Made by a program: the position numbers and the translations under genes. Below the pieces are notes generated by a model. That model searched no databases and was not told the origin of the DNA. It saw nothing but the letters and a program-made list of their open reading frames with translations. 64,000 bases of DNA. It comes from Candidatus Fermentibacteraceae bacterium (GTDB lineage Bacteria > Fermentibacterota > Fermentibacteria > Fermentibacterales > JCC-6). The stretch spans positions 17,220 to 81,219 of the forward strand of contig JBGSZS010000013.1 of the NCBI GenBank assembly GCA_041750285.1, read 5' to 3'. Positions 49,091 to 58,780 of this stretch are shown here, piece after piece; positions within the stretch are counted from its first letter, which is position 1, and each line of letters starts with the position of its first letter.

Positions 49091-50775
49091 CAGAACACCC
49101 TTCGTGACAGGCTTCCAAGCCCCTGCCTGATGCACCAGAAACCCGTAGCCACGGTCACCGGAAGCAGAAGGAACGCGATGGAGCGCAGCATGGGAACACC
49201 CAGCATGGCCTCGGTGAAGCCGTCGGTCATGTATCGCCTCGTGATGATGGAGTGCTGGGTGATCATCAGGAGGATGAACCCCATCGATGAGAACGCCGCG
49301 ATGATCCCGCCCTGCCCGCTCGCGATGCTGACGGCGCTGTCGCCGCCGGCACGGAGGAAGATGGCTCCGAGGCAGATATTTATGGATGCCAGTGCAACGG
49401 TTGCAAGAAGAACGGAAAGAACCGCTTCCAGCTGAAGGAGCGGCCCGGCCCCCAGCCCCCTTGTGGAAAGCCATGCCACGATGCATGCGGGAAGGACTGC
49501 AAGAATCAGTGTCTGGTACAGCTTCGACATGAAGAGGACCCTTCTTCCGTCAGGTTGCGGAATGGTGACCGAAAAGCCCGGCCACTCCATGCTCAGCGAC
49601 GGGAAGGCGAACCTCACCATCATCGTTGCCACTGCGAACCCGCAGAAGCTGACGTTCATGAAGACTCCCACTGCAAGCCAGTAGGGATCTGAGAAATCGA
49701 AGGGAAACCTGCTGAGGTTTGCCGTGTATATCAGGAACAGCCCCCCGAGGAGTGCAAGCTGGCTCCATTGCACAGGGTCACGCGAGAACAGCAGCATGTC
49801 CTTCTGAAAGATCGTGCTCATCCTGCCGCCCCGTCCGAATACAAGACCCGCCTTCCCGCTGCCCGGGCGGAACACCCCCGCCCTGCCCCAGACCCTCACG
49901 AAATCGCGCGATGCGAGAGCAGCCGCCAGAAAAGCCATCAAAAGGCCCTGCAGGGCAAGGATCAGCCCGTGCACCCATTGCCCCGGGGCAAACGACCGCA
50001 TGAGCAGCACGTGGGGCCAGAAGCCCCTTGGGTCGCCGGACAGACGGTTGATGAAGAGCGCAAGGTCGCTCAGCCTCTCCGTGTCCGCGATCACTATGTC
50101 GGCCGTGTCGCTGCTCATCCTGAACACAGCGTAGCCGGCAGCGGCTATCAGGGCGGTTCCAAGAACCATCCTGATACCCCTGGCCCCCCCCGAACCGCCA
50201 AGCGCCACGGACACCATGCTTCCGGCCGCGCTCCAGAAAAGAAGGAAGAACGGAAAGAGCGCGAGGCCCAGAAACCTCTCCCCAAGGGAAACACCGAAGC
50301 CCTCGAAGTAGGCCCAGAAGAGTGGAGCACCCATGATGAACATGGTCCAGGCCGCGTGAAACCACCCTTCGAGTACGGCTGATGCCGACACGGCACCCGG
50401 TTTGGCGCAACCCGCCAGAAGAAAACCCACCCCCGGCGATCTGTAAAGCGTTTCGGTGGTCGTGATGAGCGAGGATACCCCCACGAACACCCCCAGGGAG
50501 AGAACCGCCAGGTTCATCAGCCTGGCGCCGAGAGCGGTGCCGAAACCGTCGAAGACCCGGTCGAACGAGGCGAGGTAGCTGAACAGCCAGTGAAAGAGAA
50601 GGTACATGCCCACGACCATCACGATCATCGTGAACATGCCGGCGAAAAGTTTCAGCCTGTTCTCACGCCATTCCTCACGCAACCCTCCGGCCAGGGAGAG
50701 AATGCGCATGCGAAGGATCAGAGAAAGGTGGTCGGGCATGGAAAGAACATAGGACATGGAAGCCCTTTCTGTCAT
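49090..50775 (-). CDS. Putative ABC transporter permease
   Basis: Many TM helices; KD..LF.RDPVQWSQL, RFAFPSLS.E. Confidence 0.8.
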   Translation of the reverse strand: MTERASMSYVLSMPDHLSLILRMRILSLAGGLREEWRENRLKLFAGMFTMIVMVVGMYLLFHWLFSYLASFDRVFDGFGTALGARLMNLAVLSLGVFVGVSSLITTTETLYRSPGVGFLLAGCAKPGAVSASAVLEGWFHAAWTMFIMGAPLFWAYFEGFGVSLGERFLGLALFPFFLLFWSAAGSMVSVALGGSGGARGIRMVLGTALIAAAGYAVFRMSSDTADIVIADTERLSDLALFINRLSGDPRGFWPHVLLMRSFAPGQWVHGLILALQGLLMAFLAAALASRDFVRVWGRAGVFRPGSGKAGLVFGRGGRMSTIFQKDMLLFSRDPVQWSQLALLGGLFLIYTANLSRFPFDFSDPYWLAVGVFMNVSFCGFAVATMMVRFAFPSLSMEWPGFSVTIPQPDGRRVLFMSKLYQTLILAVLPACIVAWLSTRGLGAGPLLQLEAVLSVLLATVALASINICLGAIFLRAGGDSAVSIASGQGGIIAAFSSMGFILLMITQHSIITRRYMTDGFTEAMLGVPMLRSIAFLLLPVTVATGFWCIRQGLGSLSRRVF

Positions 50776-50795
50776 CCCGGCTCATGGTTATAAAT

Positions 50796-51335
50796 ATGGT
50801 TCGTGCGAAGGGAGGTCTTTTGACTGGATCCAGCTGCTGGATCGAAAAACTGGGGCTTCTTCCCCACCCCGAGGGCGGCTTTTTCAGGGAGGTGTACCGC
50901 GCTGCCGGAAGCATTCCGGGCGAAGCGCTTCCCGGCCGGTTCGGCAATCAGCCAAGATCTTTCGGCACATCCATCTATTTCATGCTCACGGGCAACGGGA
51001 CATCGCGTCTTCACAGGATCAACCAGGACGAGATATGGCACCACCACCACGGTTCCGGGCTTCACATACACGTCATAGACCCCGGGGGCGGCCACACCAT
51101 GCACGCCCTGGGGACAGGCCCGGACGAGTCACCCCAGTTCACCGTGACGGCGGGCTGCTACTTCGGGGCCGAAGTGAGGGACAAGAGCTCCTATTCCCTC
51201 GTGGGGTGCACGTGCTGCCCCGGTTTCAGCTTTGCTGACCTTCACATTCCCTCTCGCACCGAGATGCTCGGGCTCTTCCCCCACCTCTCCGGGATAATCA
51301 CCCGCCTCACACCTGATCCGGAACGGTCATCATGA
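50796..51335 (+). CDS. Cupin_5 (DUF985) protein
   Basis: LGLLPHPEGGFFREVY, SIYFML, SLVGCTCCPGF.F.D. Confidence 0.9.
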   Translation: MVRAKGGLLTGSSCWIEKLGLLPHPEGGFFREVYRAAGSIPGEALPGRFGNQPRSFGTSIYFMLTGNGTSRLHRINQDEIWHHHHGSGLHIHVIDPGGGHTMHALGTGPDESPQFTVTAGCYFGAEVRDKSSYSLVGCTCCPGFSFADLHIPSRTEMLGLFPHLSGIITRLTPDPERSS

Positions 51336-51772
51336 ATCTGGAAGACGACGGTTTCTGCTTCGCCTGCGGCCCCGGCAACAGGAACGGGCTCAGGCTTAAG
51401 TTCAGGGTCGACGCCACGGCGCGCACCGCCACGACCGAGGCCGTTCTCGACCATCACTTCAACGGCTGGAAGGGGGTGGCCCACGGGGGGATAGTGTCCA
51501 CCCTCCTCGACGAGACCATGATCTACGCCTGCGGCTCGACCGGCTGGCTGTCGGTCACGGCCGAGATCACGGTCAGGTTCCTGCGCCCCGTTCCCACTGG
51601 GGTCCCCCTGACAGTCAAAGGGTGCATGGTCGAAGACCGCGGCCGTTTCTACATCACCAGGGGGGAGATAACGAGGGACGGTGAAACTCTGGCCACGGCA
51701 ACCGGGAAGATGTTCCCGGTGAAGAAGGTTCCGAACATCGAGCATTACCTTCAGGGCAGGTACGGCCCGTGA
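51332..51772 (+). CDS. PaaI-family thioesterase
   Basis: CFACG..N..GL, GVAHGGIVSTLLDE. Confidence 0.9.
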   Translation: MNLEDDGFCFACGPGNRNGLRLKFRVDATARTATTEAVLDHHFNGWKGVAHGGIVSTLLDETMIYACGSTGWLSVTAEITVRFLRPVPTGVPLTVKGCMVEDRGRFYITRGEITRDGETLATATGKMFPVKKVPNIEHYLQGRYGP

Positions 51773-51827
51773 ATGCGGCCGTCACCCTGTTGTCCGCCTC
51801 TTCCGAGGCAAAGAGAGGGGAGTCGAG

Positions 51828-52307
51828 ATGAGGAAAAGGGCGATTCTGATGGCTGCAGCCGCCGGTCTGCTGATTCTTGCCTGCGGTGCCGCCGGCCCCA
51901 AGGCCACGGTCGAGAAGATGGTCACAGCCTTCAAGGCGGGCGACGGCAGCGGAATGGTCGCGTGCATGCATCCCGAGGCTCTGGTCGAGCTCGATCAGAC
52001 GGTTGCCGAGATCAAGGAGAACCCCGAAGAATCAGCGGCGTTCCTTGGAATGATGGGCGTCGAGGCCACAGCGGACGAGATCTCAGCCCTGGATGCCGGA
52101 AGCTTCATGACCCTCATGATGAAGTCCCCGATGTTCGCGGAAGAGCTGGGTTCCTTCGAGTTCACCGTCGGCGCGGAGCGCATCGAGGGCGAAACCGCGT
52201 TCGTGGAGCTCACCGTGAACGGCGAGGCCACCGAGGTCAAGCTCGTGAAGTTCGAGGGACGATGGGTCTTCGACCCCGAGGGCGACTTCGATCTGATGGA
52301 CTTCTAG
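51828..52307 (+). CDS. Lipoprotein (NTF2-like/DUF4878-like)
   Basis: Lipobox LILA-C; LVKFEGRW. Confidence 0.75.
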   Translation: MRKRAILMAAAAGLLILACGAAGPKATVEKMVTAFKAGDGSGMVACMHPEALVELDQTVAEIKENPEESAAFLGMMGVEATADEISALDAGSFMTLMMKSPMFAEELGSFEFTVGAERIEGETAFVELTVNGEATEVKLVKFEGRWVFDPEGDFDLMDF

Positions 52308-52322
52308 ACTCAAGGCCCAAGG

Positions 52323-52351
52323 AAAGGGGGGGCGGCTCCGCCCCCCCTTTT
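52323..52351. terminator. Bidirectional intrinsic terminator
   Basis: AAAGGGGGGGCGG-CT-CCGCCCCCCCTTTT between convergent genes. Confidence 0.85.
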
Positions 52352-52362
52352 CAGTATCCCCG

Positions 52363-54876
52363 CTACCTGAGCCTCACGAATCGGGTTCCTGCGGTTGCGC
52401 CTTGCGACTCGACCCTCACCATGTACACACCGGATGCAAGACCTGCACAGTCGAGCGTAACGCTTCCGGGCTGAGCCCAGCTGGAATGGACGAGTCTTCC
52501 GCTCATGTCGAAGACCATGAACCTGACAGGCCCCCGGGCACCTATTACGAAGGACGCCGACGATCCGACGGGATTGGTTCCGGAGTTTGCCACGGAGAGG
52601 GCCATTCCGCCCTCCTGGGCTCCGCCCGCGGAGAGCGGGTCGGGTGTGGCGGCGTGGAGGTTCCAGTGAAGCTCCTCGTCCCTGATGCCGTAAACAAGCC
52701 AGGGCACGTCGAGGTCATTGAAAACGGCCATGCCCTGGTCCACGGCGTCACCGGTAACGGCCGCCTCCACTCCGGTCCAGACCGTTCCGTTCCATGTGTT
52801 CACGTTGATCGCCGTCCTTCCGGAGGTCCACGAGGCAAGGACGGTCCCTGATGCATCGACGGTCACCGAAGGGCGTGAGCAGTGGTCATCGCCGGAGATG
52901 AGCCCGGGAGCGCTCCACGAACCTGATCCGTTTGACGTGAACATCACGCCGCCGTCCTGATTCTGCCAGACGACTGCAAAGCCGCCGTCCATTCCGGCGA
53001 TCCGGGGGAAGCGGCTGTCTTCGGAGGGCGACGAGAGAAGAACCTCGGAACCGAATGGTCCGCTGTCGGGCGCATCGCGGAAACCGATGGCCCATCCGTC
53101 CTCGGTCTTGACCTGATACACCAGGCCGTAGCCGGTGCCGTTCCAGGCAACGTCAGGGCTCCTCTCGGAGTTCGCGGACGCAGCAAGCTCAGCGGCGGTC
53201 GTCCACGCGCTTCCTGTCCACATGCGGCCCATGATGTCGGGCTGCCCGCCCTGCCACTTCTGCCAGACCAGCCAGGTATGGCCGTTTCCGCCCGACAGGG
53301 CCGGCATGACATCGTAGGGGTCGCCGGTGGTCATGGTCTGCGGACCTCCCCAGCCCGACCCGTTCCACAGCGAGAGGTAGATGTCGTAGCCCTCCTGGTT
53401 GTCACGCATGGACTGCCATGCAGTCCAGACGTTGCCCTGGCCGTCACCGCCAACAGTGGGATGCCAGTCCCAGTATTCGTGCTGGCAGACGATCATGGGA
53501 GCGGCCCAGGAGTCGCCGTCGAAGCATGTCGCCATGATGTTGGCCCTCACGGGGTCGGAGGTTCCCGAAACGGCGAACAGAAGCCCGTCGACTGGATCGA
53601 AGTACACATCGACGCCGCCCTGGGTGTGGAAATTGTCGGTCACGGTGTAGTCGAGCCATGAAGCCGTATCGAATCCGCCCTCCCCACCGGGGGACATCCC
53701 CGCGCCGGTCGAGGATATCCGGGGGATGAGCGTGGGGTCTCCGAGCAGGACTGCGCCGTCCTCCATCCCCATGTTGACCGAAAGCCAGACCCTGAAGGCG
53801 TCGCCAAGGTTCGAGCCGTCTGCCAGGGACTGGTAGTACTCCTGAAAGTCGTTCGTGTAGTCCACCTTCGCCTGGGCGAGGACCGCGAGCCCGTACGAAT
53901 CGGTCCAGATGTAGGTGTTGGCCAGGTTGTCAACTTCCGTCCAGCGGCCATTGCTGCAGCAGTTGAGCACGTAGAAGAAGGCCTGGGGATCGAGGGGAGG
54001 GACCTCGAAGAAGTTCAGGGTGCCACCGCCCTCGGGTGGTGCGCCGTCGTGGAAGCTGCTGCCCCAGGGGCTGGAGTGACTGATCAGGTGGACCCACTCG
54101 TAGCCGTTCAGGAGTTCCTGTCTGAAATCGTCGGCGTTTGTGTTGGCAGGGTTGTTCTTCCGGGTCACGTCGGTGTAGAGGAGGTCGAGGTAGTAGGTCA
54201 GCCCGGTGAAGGCCTCTTCGTAGGCCAGTGCCCTGTCGGGCAGAGGGAGCATTCCGGTCCTGTAAGCGTGGTTCCTGGCGAAGTACCCGTTGAGGAGTTC
54301 CTCGGACCCGCCGAAGGTGAGGAACGTTGGAGTGAGCCGGCCAAGCCAGATCTCGGGGGCGCTGCTGCTGTATGAATCGTATAGGCCGTCGGCATCGGGA
54401 TCGTTCCATGTCCCGTTCATGTCCATCAGATAGGCGTCGATCGGGTACTGGCCGTATCCGTTCTCGATCCATCCCGTTGGGATGTCTCCGATGGCTATGG
54501 CACCTTTGAGGGAACCCAGGGCGTACTCGGCCTGCAGGTCGGCCCTGATGTCCGAAGCGCTTCCGCCTTCTATCATCCATACCAGAACCGTGTATCCCTC
54601 GGCTGTCAGGTCGGCCTGGAACACGTCGAGGGCCTCAGCGATCCCGGCTGCCACGCCTGCATCCACCAGCAGAACCACCTTGTCGGCATCGGTTCCGCAA
54701 ACGATGGGAGCTTCGAGGACAAGCCGGGTGTAGCAGCCGCGCCCGCCCTCGGTCCCGATCCGGGTGGACTGGGGCTGCCTTCCCCGGGCATCCATGTATT
54801 GAAGGGGAACACCCTCGGGGGTGGCGTACGCCTGTGCGCACAGCAGAACTGCGACCAGGGATATGATTGTCTTCAT
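52363..54876 (-). CDS. Secreted C25 (gingipain-like) cysteine peptidase + beta-propeller + T9SS-type CTD
   Basis: Signal peptide; IGDIP, EIWLGRL, ISHSS, NCCSNG, LLGDPTL; CTD FDMSGRLV..ASGVYMVR. Confidence 0.8.
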   Translation of the reverse strand: MKTIISLVAVLLCAQAYATPEGVPLQYMDARGRQPQSTRIGTEGGRGCYTRLVLEAPIVCGTDADKVVLLVDAGVAAGIAEALDVFQADLTAEGYTVLVWMIEGGSASDIRADLQAEYALGSLKGAIAIGDIPTGWIENGYGQYPIDAYLMDMNGTWNDPDADGLYDSYSSSAPEIWLGRLTPTFLTFGGSEELLNGYFARNHAYRTGMLPLPDRALAYEEAFTGLTYYLDLLYTDVTRKNNPANTNADDFRQELLNGYEWVHLISHSSPWGSSFHDGAPPEGGGTLNFFEVPPLDPQAFFYVLNCCSNGRWTEVDNLANTYIWTDSYGLAVLAQAKVDYTNDFQEYYQSLADGSNLGDAFRVWLSVNMGMEDGAVLLGDPTLIPRISSTGAGMSPGGEGGFDTASWLDYTVTDNFHTQGGVDVYFDPVDGLLFAVSGTSDPVRANIMATCFDGDSWAAPMIVCQHEYWDWHPTVGGDGQGNVWTAWQSMRDNQEGYDIYLSLWNGSGWGGPQTMTTGDPYDVMPALSGGNGHTWLVWQKWQGGQPDIMGRMWTGSAWTTAAELAASANSERSPDVAWNGTGYGLVYQVKTEDGWAIGFRDAPDSGPFGSEVLLSSPSEDSRFPRIAGMDGGFAVVWQNQDGGVMFTSNGSGSWSAPGLISGDDHCSRPSVTVDASGTVLASWTSGRTAINVNTWNGTVWTGVEAAVTGDAVDQGMAVFNDLDVPWLVYGIRDEELHWNLHAATPDPLSAGGAQEGGMALSVANSGTNPVGSSASFVIGARGPVRFMVFDMSGRLVHSSWAQPGSVTLDCAGLASGVYMVRVESQGATAGTRFVRLR

Positions 54877-54910
54877 GACCGCCTTCTCAATGGTTATGTT
54901 GCCGCCACGT

Positions 54911-55420
54911 TCAGCCCCCCGCTATCCGGGCCGACACGAGCGGCATTGAAACCCCTCCGGTCGAGGTGGTGAGAACCAGCCCCACTCCCGGCGAGTAGTG
55001 ATACCTGGTAAAAAAGTTAAGGGGCATCAGGTTGCCGTTGAAAACCATCTTGCTTTCGCCCTCGATGACCAGCAGGTCGCCGTAGGTTTTCCCGCCGATG
55101 TCCATGGAAACGCCCTTTTCCTTCACAGTCATGGCGAGGACGCTCTCAATTCCGTTGGCTGTGAACTTGATGTCCCAGGTGTCTCCGACGTTCAGATCGT
55201 CCCTGAGAAGGACCTGGAAGTTGCCGGCCTCGAAGCTGTCCGTCAGGTAGGCATTACCCTCTTTCCTGATGAACTGGGGAATTCCCAGTGCAGAGTTCAC
55301 CATGGTGAACCGGCCCGGGGCCGTCGGGTCCTCCTCTGTCACCGTGTTTGTGAACGTGCTGCCGCCGGCCTGCCCGTAAGTCCACTGATTGCCCGCTGCA
55401 AGGGGGTAATAGCTGCTCAT
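54911..55420 (-). CDS. Hypothetical beta-rich protein
   Basis: YYPLAAGNQWTY ... YSPGVGLV pattern; SD GGAGG. Confidence 0.75.
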   Translation of the reverse strand: MSSYYPLAAGNQWTYGQAGGSTFTNTVTEEDPTAPGRFTMVNSALGIPQFIRKEGNAYLTDSFEAGNFQVLLRDDLNVGDTWDIKFTANGIESVLAMTVKEKGVSMDIGGKTYGDLLVIEGESKMVFNGNLMPLNFFTRYHYSPGVGLVLTTSTGGVSMPLVSARIAGG

Positions 55421-55514
55421 GGATTTCCTCCCCGGATCGGTTCAACCCTGTGAAGTCCCTCTTCAACAACGTACAAGCATAAATACGTGAGCTCCGTCAG
55501 GCCAGCGCCCCCTT

Positions 55515-56330
55515 TCAGGGAATCGGTGTCCTGACCACCCTGAATCCCACGGTAAGACCGTTCACAACGGCTCTGTAAGAGAACCGGTAGGCGCTTCTGA
55601 GCGCCCGAATGTCCGAACGCCAGCTCCCCCCCCGTGCAACCCGGAAAGGTATCTCCGGCAACTCCCTGTAGCTCCCGTCAACGGGAGTGCCCTCGTAGGT
55701 GTCGGCCCAGGTGTCGTGACACCACTCGAACACATTGCCGTTCATGTCGTAGAGTCCCCATGGGTTGGGCTCGAGAAGGCCCGTCTCGTGAGTGGAACCC
55801 CCGGAGTTCCCCCAGTACCAGCAGTATCGCCCGACGACTTCGGGGTCTTCGCTGTCCCCCCAGAAGAAGGCCGTGGTCGTGCCCGCCCTGCACGCGTACT
55901 CCCACTGGGACTCACTTGGCAGACCGTAGAAGTGTTCCGGATCCATCCTTTGAAGCCTCTCGAGGAATCTCCAGGTGTCGGCCCATGCAACTCCTGTCAC
56001 GGGGTGTCCGCCAGTCACTCCGTCCGGAGGGAGCGGGATGCCCGAGTCCCCCCCCATCACCTCGTTCCACATGTCCCAGGTGACAGGTGTGGAGAGAAGC
56101 TCGAAGGGCTCGATTGTCACTTCGAGGACGGGTCCCTCGTTCTCCGCCCGTCCGGGTTCACCCCCGGGCGAACCCATCTCGAACGTTCCGCCCGGAATGC
56201 TCACGAACTCCATCGATGATGGAATGGCCCCGGCGGACACAACTTCGGCCGGCTCTTCGGCCAGCCGGTTCTCACCGCATCCCAGGGCTGAAAACAAAAG
56301 AATGGCTGCCAACAAGGCTTTCCGGTTCAA
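55515..56330 (-). CDS. FGE/SUMF1-sulfatase-modifying family lipoprotein
   Basis: IPGGTFEMGS, LPSESQWEYACRAG, PNPWGLYDMNGNVFEW, GFRVVR. Confidence 0.92.
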   Translation of the reverse strand: MNRKALLAAILLFSALGCGENRLAEEPAEVVSAGAIPSSMEFVSIPGGTFEMGSPGGEPGRAENEGPVLEVTIEPFELLSTPVTWDMWNEVMGGDSGIPLPPDGVTGGHPVTGVAWADTWRFLERLQRMDPEHFYGLPSESQWEYACRAGTTTAFFWGDSEDPEVVGRYCWYWGNSGGSTHETGLLEPNPWGLYDMNGNVFEWCHDTWADTYEGTPVDGSYRELPEIPFRVARGGSWRSDIRALRSAYRFSYRAVVNGLTVGFRVVRTPIP

Positions 56331-56442
56331 GGTGGTCTCCTTTCGGGAACGAAGTCAGGCAGGAATGGTTGGAACCCTTCGTCAAGCGATTATATTCGGT
56401 TTTTGGGATCTCGACAGAGCTTTCACAGTACCGGGGAGCGTT

Positions 56443-56958
56443 ATGACCAAGTTCACGACAGCAGTGGTTCTCCTTATCACGTGCGTTCCGGCCCTGGCCG
56501 CCGACAACGGAACCATGACGCACAACATAGGCATCGGCGCGGGATTCGTTACGGGTTACGGCATCTCCTACCGCCACTGGTTCCCTTCGGACTGGGGCTA
56601 CCAGATCAACTTCGCCCCCTACTACGACAAGACGGAATACTCCGAGGAGAGGAACCTCAGCCTGGGAATAACGGGCCTGAAGGTGCTTCACGGCGCCGAG
56701 ACTGTGAACCTCATAGGCTACGCCGGCGCGAGCGTTCTCTACGACTACGACCGATACACATACACCTACGAGTTCGAGGAACAGGAGACCGAGACCACCA
56801 ACACCAGGTACACCTTCGGGGGCGGCCCGGGGTTTGATGTGCGCTTCTGGCACCTCACCTTCAGCGCAATGTTCGGGGTAAGGGTCTCCACAGAGAGCAA
56901 CGACGAGGTCCACATGGACATAACGGGGGAAACGGCACTCTTCTATTCTTTCGACTAG
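56443..56958 (+). CDS. Small outer-membrane beta-barrel protein
   Basis: Signal peptide, alternating amphipathic strands, C-terminal FYSF. Confidence 0.75.
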   Translation: MTKFTTAVVLLITCVPALAADNGTMTHNIGIGAGFVTGYGISYRHWFPSDWGYQINFAPYYDKTEYSEERNLSLGITGLKVLHGAETVNLIGYAGASVLYDYDRYTYTYEFEEQETETTNTRYTFGGGPGFDVRFWHLTFSAMFGVRVSTESNDEVHMDITGETALFYSFD

Positions 56959-56970
56959 CAAGGAGGATCG

Positions 56971-57618
56971 ATGCGTTTCTGCACTGCCGCCCTGCTTCTC
57001 CTTACGGTTGCCACGGCGGGGATCGTCGAGGTCGGCCAGGGGGGGACACTCACCACCAACAGGCCCTTCAGCGGCTCTTGAGGCGACCCTGGAAGAAGGT
57101 ACCAGGTCCTGGTACTTGCGGACGAATTCCCGGGACCGGCGCTGATCGAGAGGGTTGAGCTATACGCGACCCACGCATCACAGGCCACCGGCACCTTTCA
57201 GAACGCCCGGATCCTCCTTTGTGAAACCACCATCGACGCCCTCTCCACGAGCTTCGAGGCCAACTACGCGGGAGAGACTCCGGTGCACGTCTTTTCGGCG
57301 GACACACTCGAGATAAAATGGGCCGGTTCAGCCCCTGGGTGGAACGGCTTCGATCTCGACACACCGTTCGAGTACTCGGGCGCACAGAATCTCATCGTGG
57401 AGTTCAGATACCTCGGGCACGACGGCAAGACGGTCAACGCAAGGGCGGCAAATCTTCCCGCGGGCAACAGGTGCCTTTCCGCGCCCTACCCCACCAGTTC
57501 AACTGGCCAGCTCATGAGCTTCCTCACCTGCATGAGGCTGCACTGCGGCGAGTCATCGCTGGAGACCACCACTTTCGGGGCGTTGAAGGCCTTCTTCGGT
57601 GCACGGCAGTATCATTGA
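56971..57618 (+). CDS. Putative secreted selenoprotein (TGA at codon 37 read as Sec), 215 aa
   Basis: AAGGAGG + ATG; signal peptide; in-frame TGA at 57079-57081, then 178 open codons; SECIS-like hairpin; C-terminal TTFGALKAFF. Confidence 0.7.
57096..57117 (+). promoter_or_regulatory. Candidate bacterial SECIS element
   Basis: GTACCAG-GTC-CTGGTAC perfect 7-bp stem; apical G 25 nt after TGA. Confidence 0.62.
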
Positions 57619-57965
57619 GGGTCGGCATGCCGGGCCTTCCCCGGCTCTGCCCCGATCAGGATCCGGTAATCCTCAAGAAGGGGATCGAGCAGGATGAGAA
57701 ATGCCTTCATGGCAGCCTCATCGTGCAGGGTCCACTGGCAGTCCCAACTGGGCCGCATCAGGCCGCCCAGGCTGTTCAGCCAGTCCGCCTGTTCCGGATG
57801 CCGGGGAGTGCAGTTGTCCGGTCCCCTGTAATGCCCCGGGATGTGAACCACGATGCCGCCCCCCCGAAGATCGAGCGAGAAAGAGAGCTGAATCCCCTGC
57901 ATCAGCCCTCCCGGAAGGCCGGCAACCTCAATCTCCACCCTCTCGCCTGTGATCGGTGACCTCAT
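57612..57965 (-). CDS. Hypothetical protein
   Basis: SD GAGGAGG; 117 aa. Confidence 0.55.
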   Translation of the reverse strand: MRSPITGERVEIEVAGLPGGLMQGIQLSFSLDLRGGGIVVHIPGHYRGPDNCTPRHPEQADWLNSLGGLMRPSWDCQWTLHDEAAMKAFLILLDPLLEDYRILIGAEPGKARHADPQ

Positions 57966-58123
57966 CCCGCCTCCTCATTCCACTTAACCCTGCAACTGCT
58001 GAGAAAAGCCAAAACGCCTTTCATTCCTCGTGTTCGACATCGCCCGGTGACACTGCCCATGAGTGCTTCCGGTTCCAGATGCATAAAGACTTCCCGCTTA
58101 CCCCGAGTTCACGGCAGACATCA

Positions 58124-58636
58124 CTAGGTTTCACGGCCGGGATACACAACCCAGTCAAATTCCCAGTCACTCTCGATCCAATCCCTGACCGAATGCTCAA
58201 GCAGCGAATCGAGTTTCATGTCCTGAACCGAAGACCTGACCCACATGAATACAGCGGCATCAGGGCCGCGCTGCCCTCTGTTGATGTACACGCAACCGAG
58301 GACCTGAGTCTCATCCAGTGAAACTACAGTGTATGTGAAGCCGGTTCTTCGTTCGAACCTGGTCTCCTTGATCGCCAGGTCGCGACGATTCTCATCGAGG
58401 GTAAAGGACTCAGTCGGCCATGAATCGCCAAGGAGAGCAGCATGGATGATCTCCCTGCTTTCCATAACGGCTTCGTAGTCTTTCTCGGCATCGCCAACAG
58501 TGATGGGTCGAACCCTGAATTCCGGTGTTTCGAATCCCAATGGAACTATGAAGTCCTCTGGTACGAATCCCGAGTAAGAAGAGGGTCCACATCCGGATAT
58601 TATCGATAATATGAGAGTACAAATGAGCCTTTTCAT
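58124..58636 (-). CDS. GNAT-like acetyltransferase with lipoprotein signal (cassette)
   Basis: IISG-C; DAEKDYEAVM, FTYTV, LGCVYI, FMWVR. Confidence 0.75.
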   Translation of the reverse strand: MKRLICTLILSIISGCGPSSYSGFVPEDFIVPLGFETPEFRVRPITVGDAEKDYEAVMESREIIHAALLGDSWPTESFTLDENRRDLAIKETRFERRTGFTYTVVSLDETQVLGCVYINRGQRGPDAAVFMWVRSSVQDMKLDSLLEHSVRDWIESDWEFDWVVYPGRET

Positions 58637-58696
58637 GGAGATCTCCTTCCTATACACGAACAACAGGTTCTCCGAGAGCATCAGGATCTCTGCATG

Positions 58697-58756
58697 CTGC
58701 AGCACTCCGGTTCGGCGGCGGCGTGCAGCGCCTTCCGCTGCAGCCGGTTGTTGGCG
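58697..58756 (-). repeat. attC (degenerate R': GCTGCAG)
   Basis: 60-bp hairpin similar to 61359-61418; R'' CGCCAAC intact. Confidence 0.7.
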
Positions 58757-58780
58757 GCCGTATGTCTATTGGACGCCCCT

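Noticed and set aside
57283..57618. 111-aa ORF in the track as a stand-alone gene
   Set aside because: It has no clear SD and is the C-terminal half of the TGA-interrupted gene starting at 56971.
57975..58120. Possible ninth attC (ACTTAAC at ~57982, GTTCACG at ~58107)
   Set aside because: No complementary inner arms could be found; at best a remnant.
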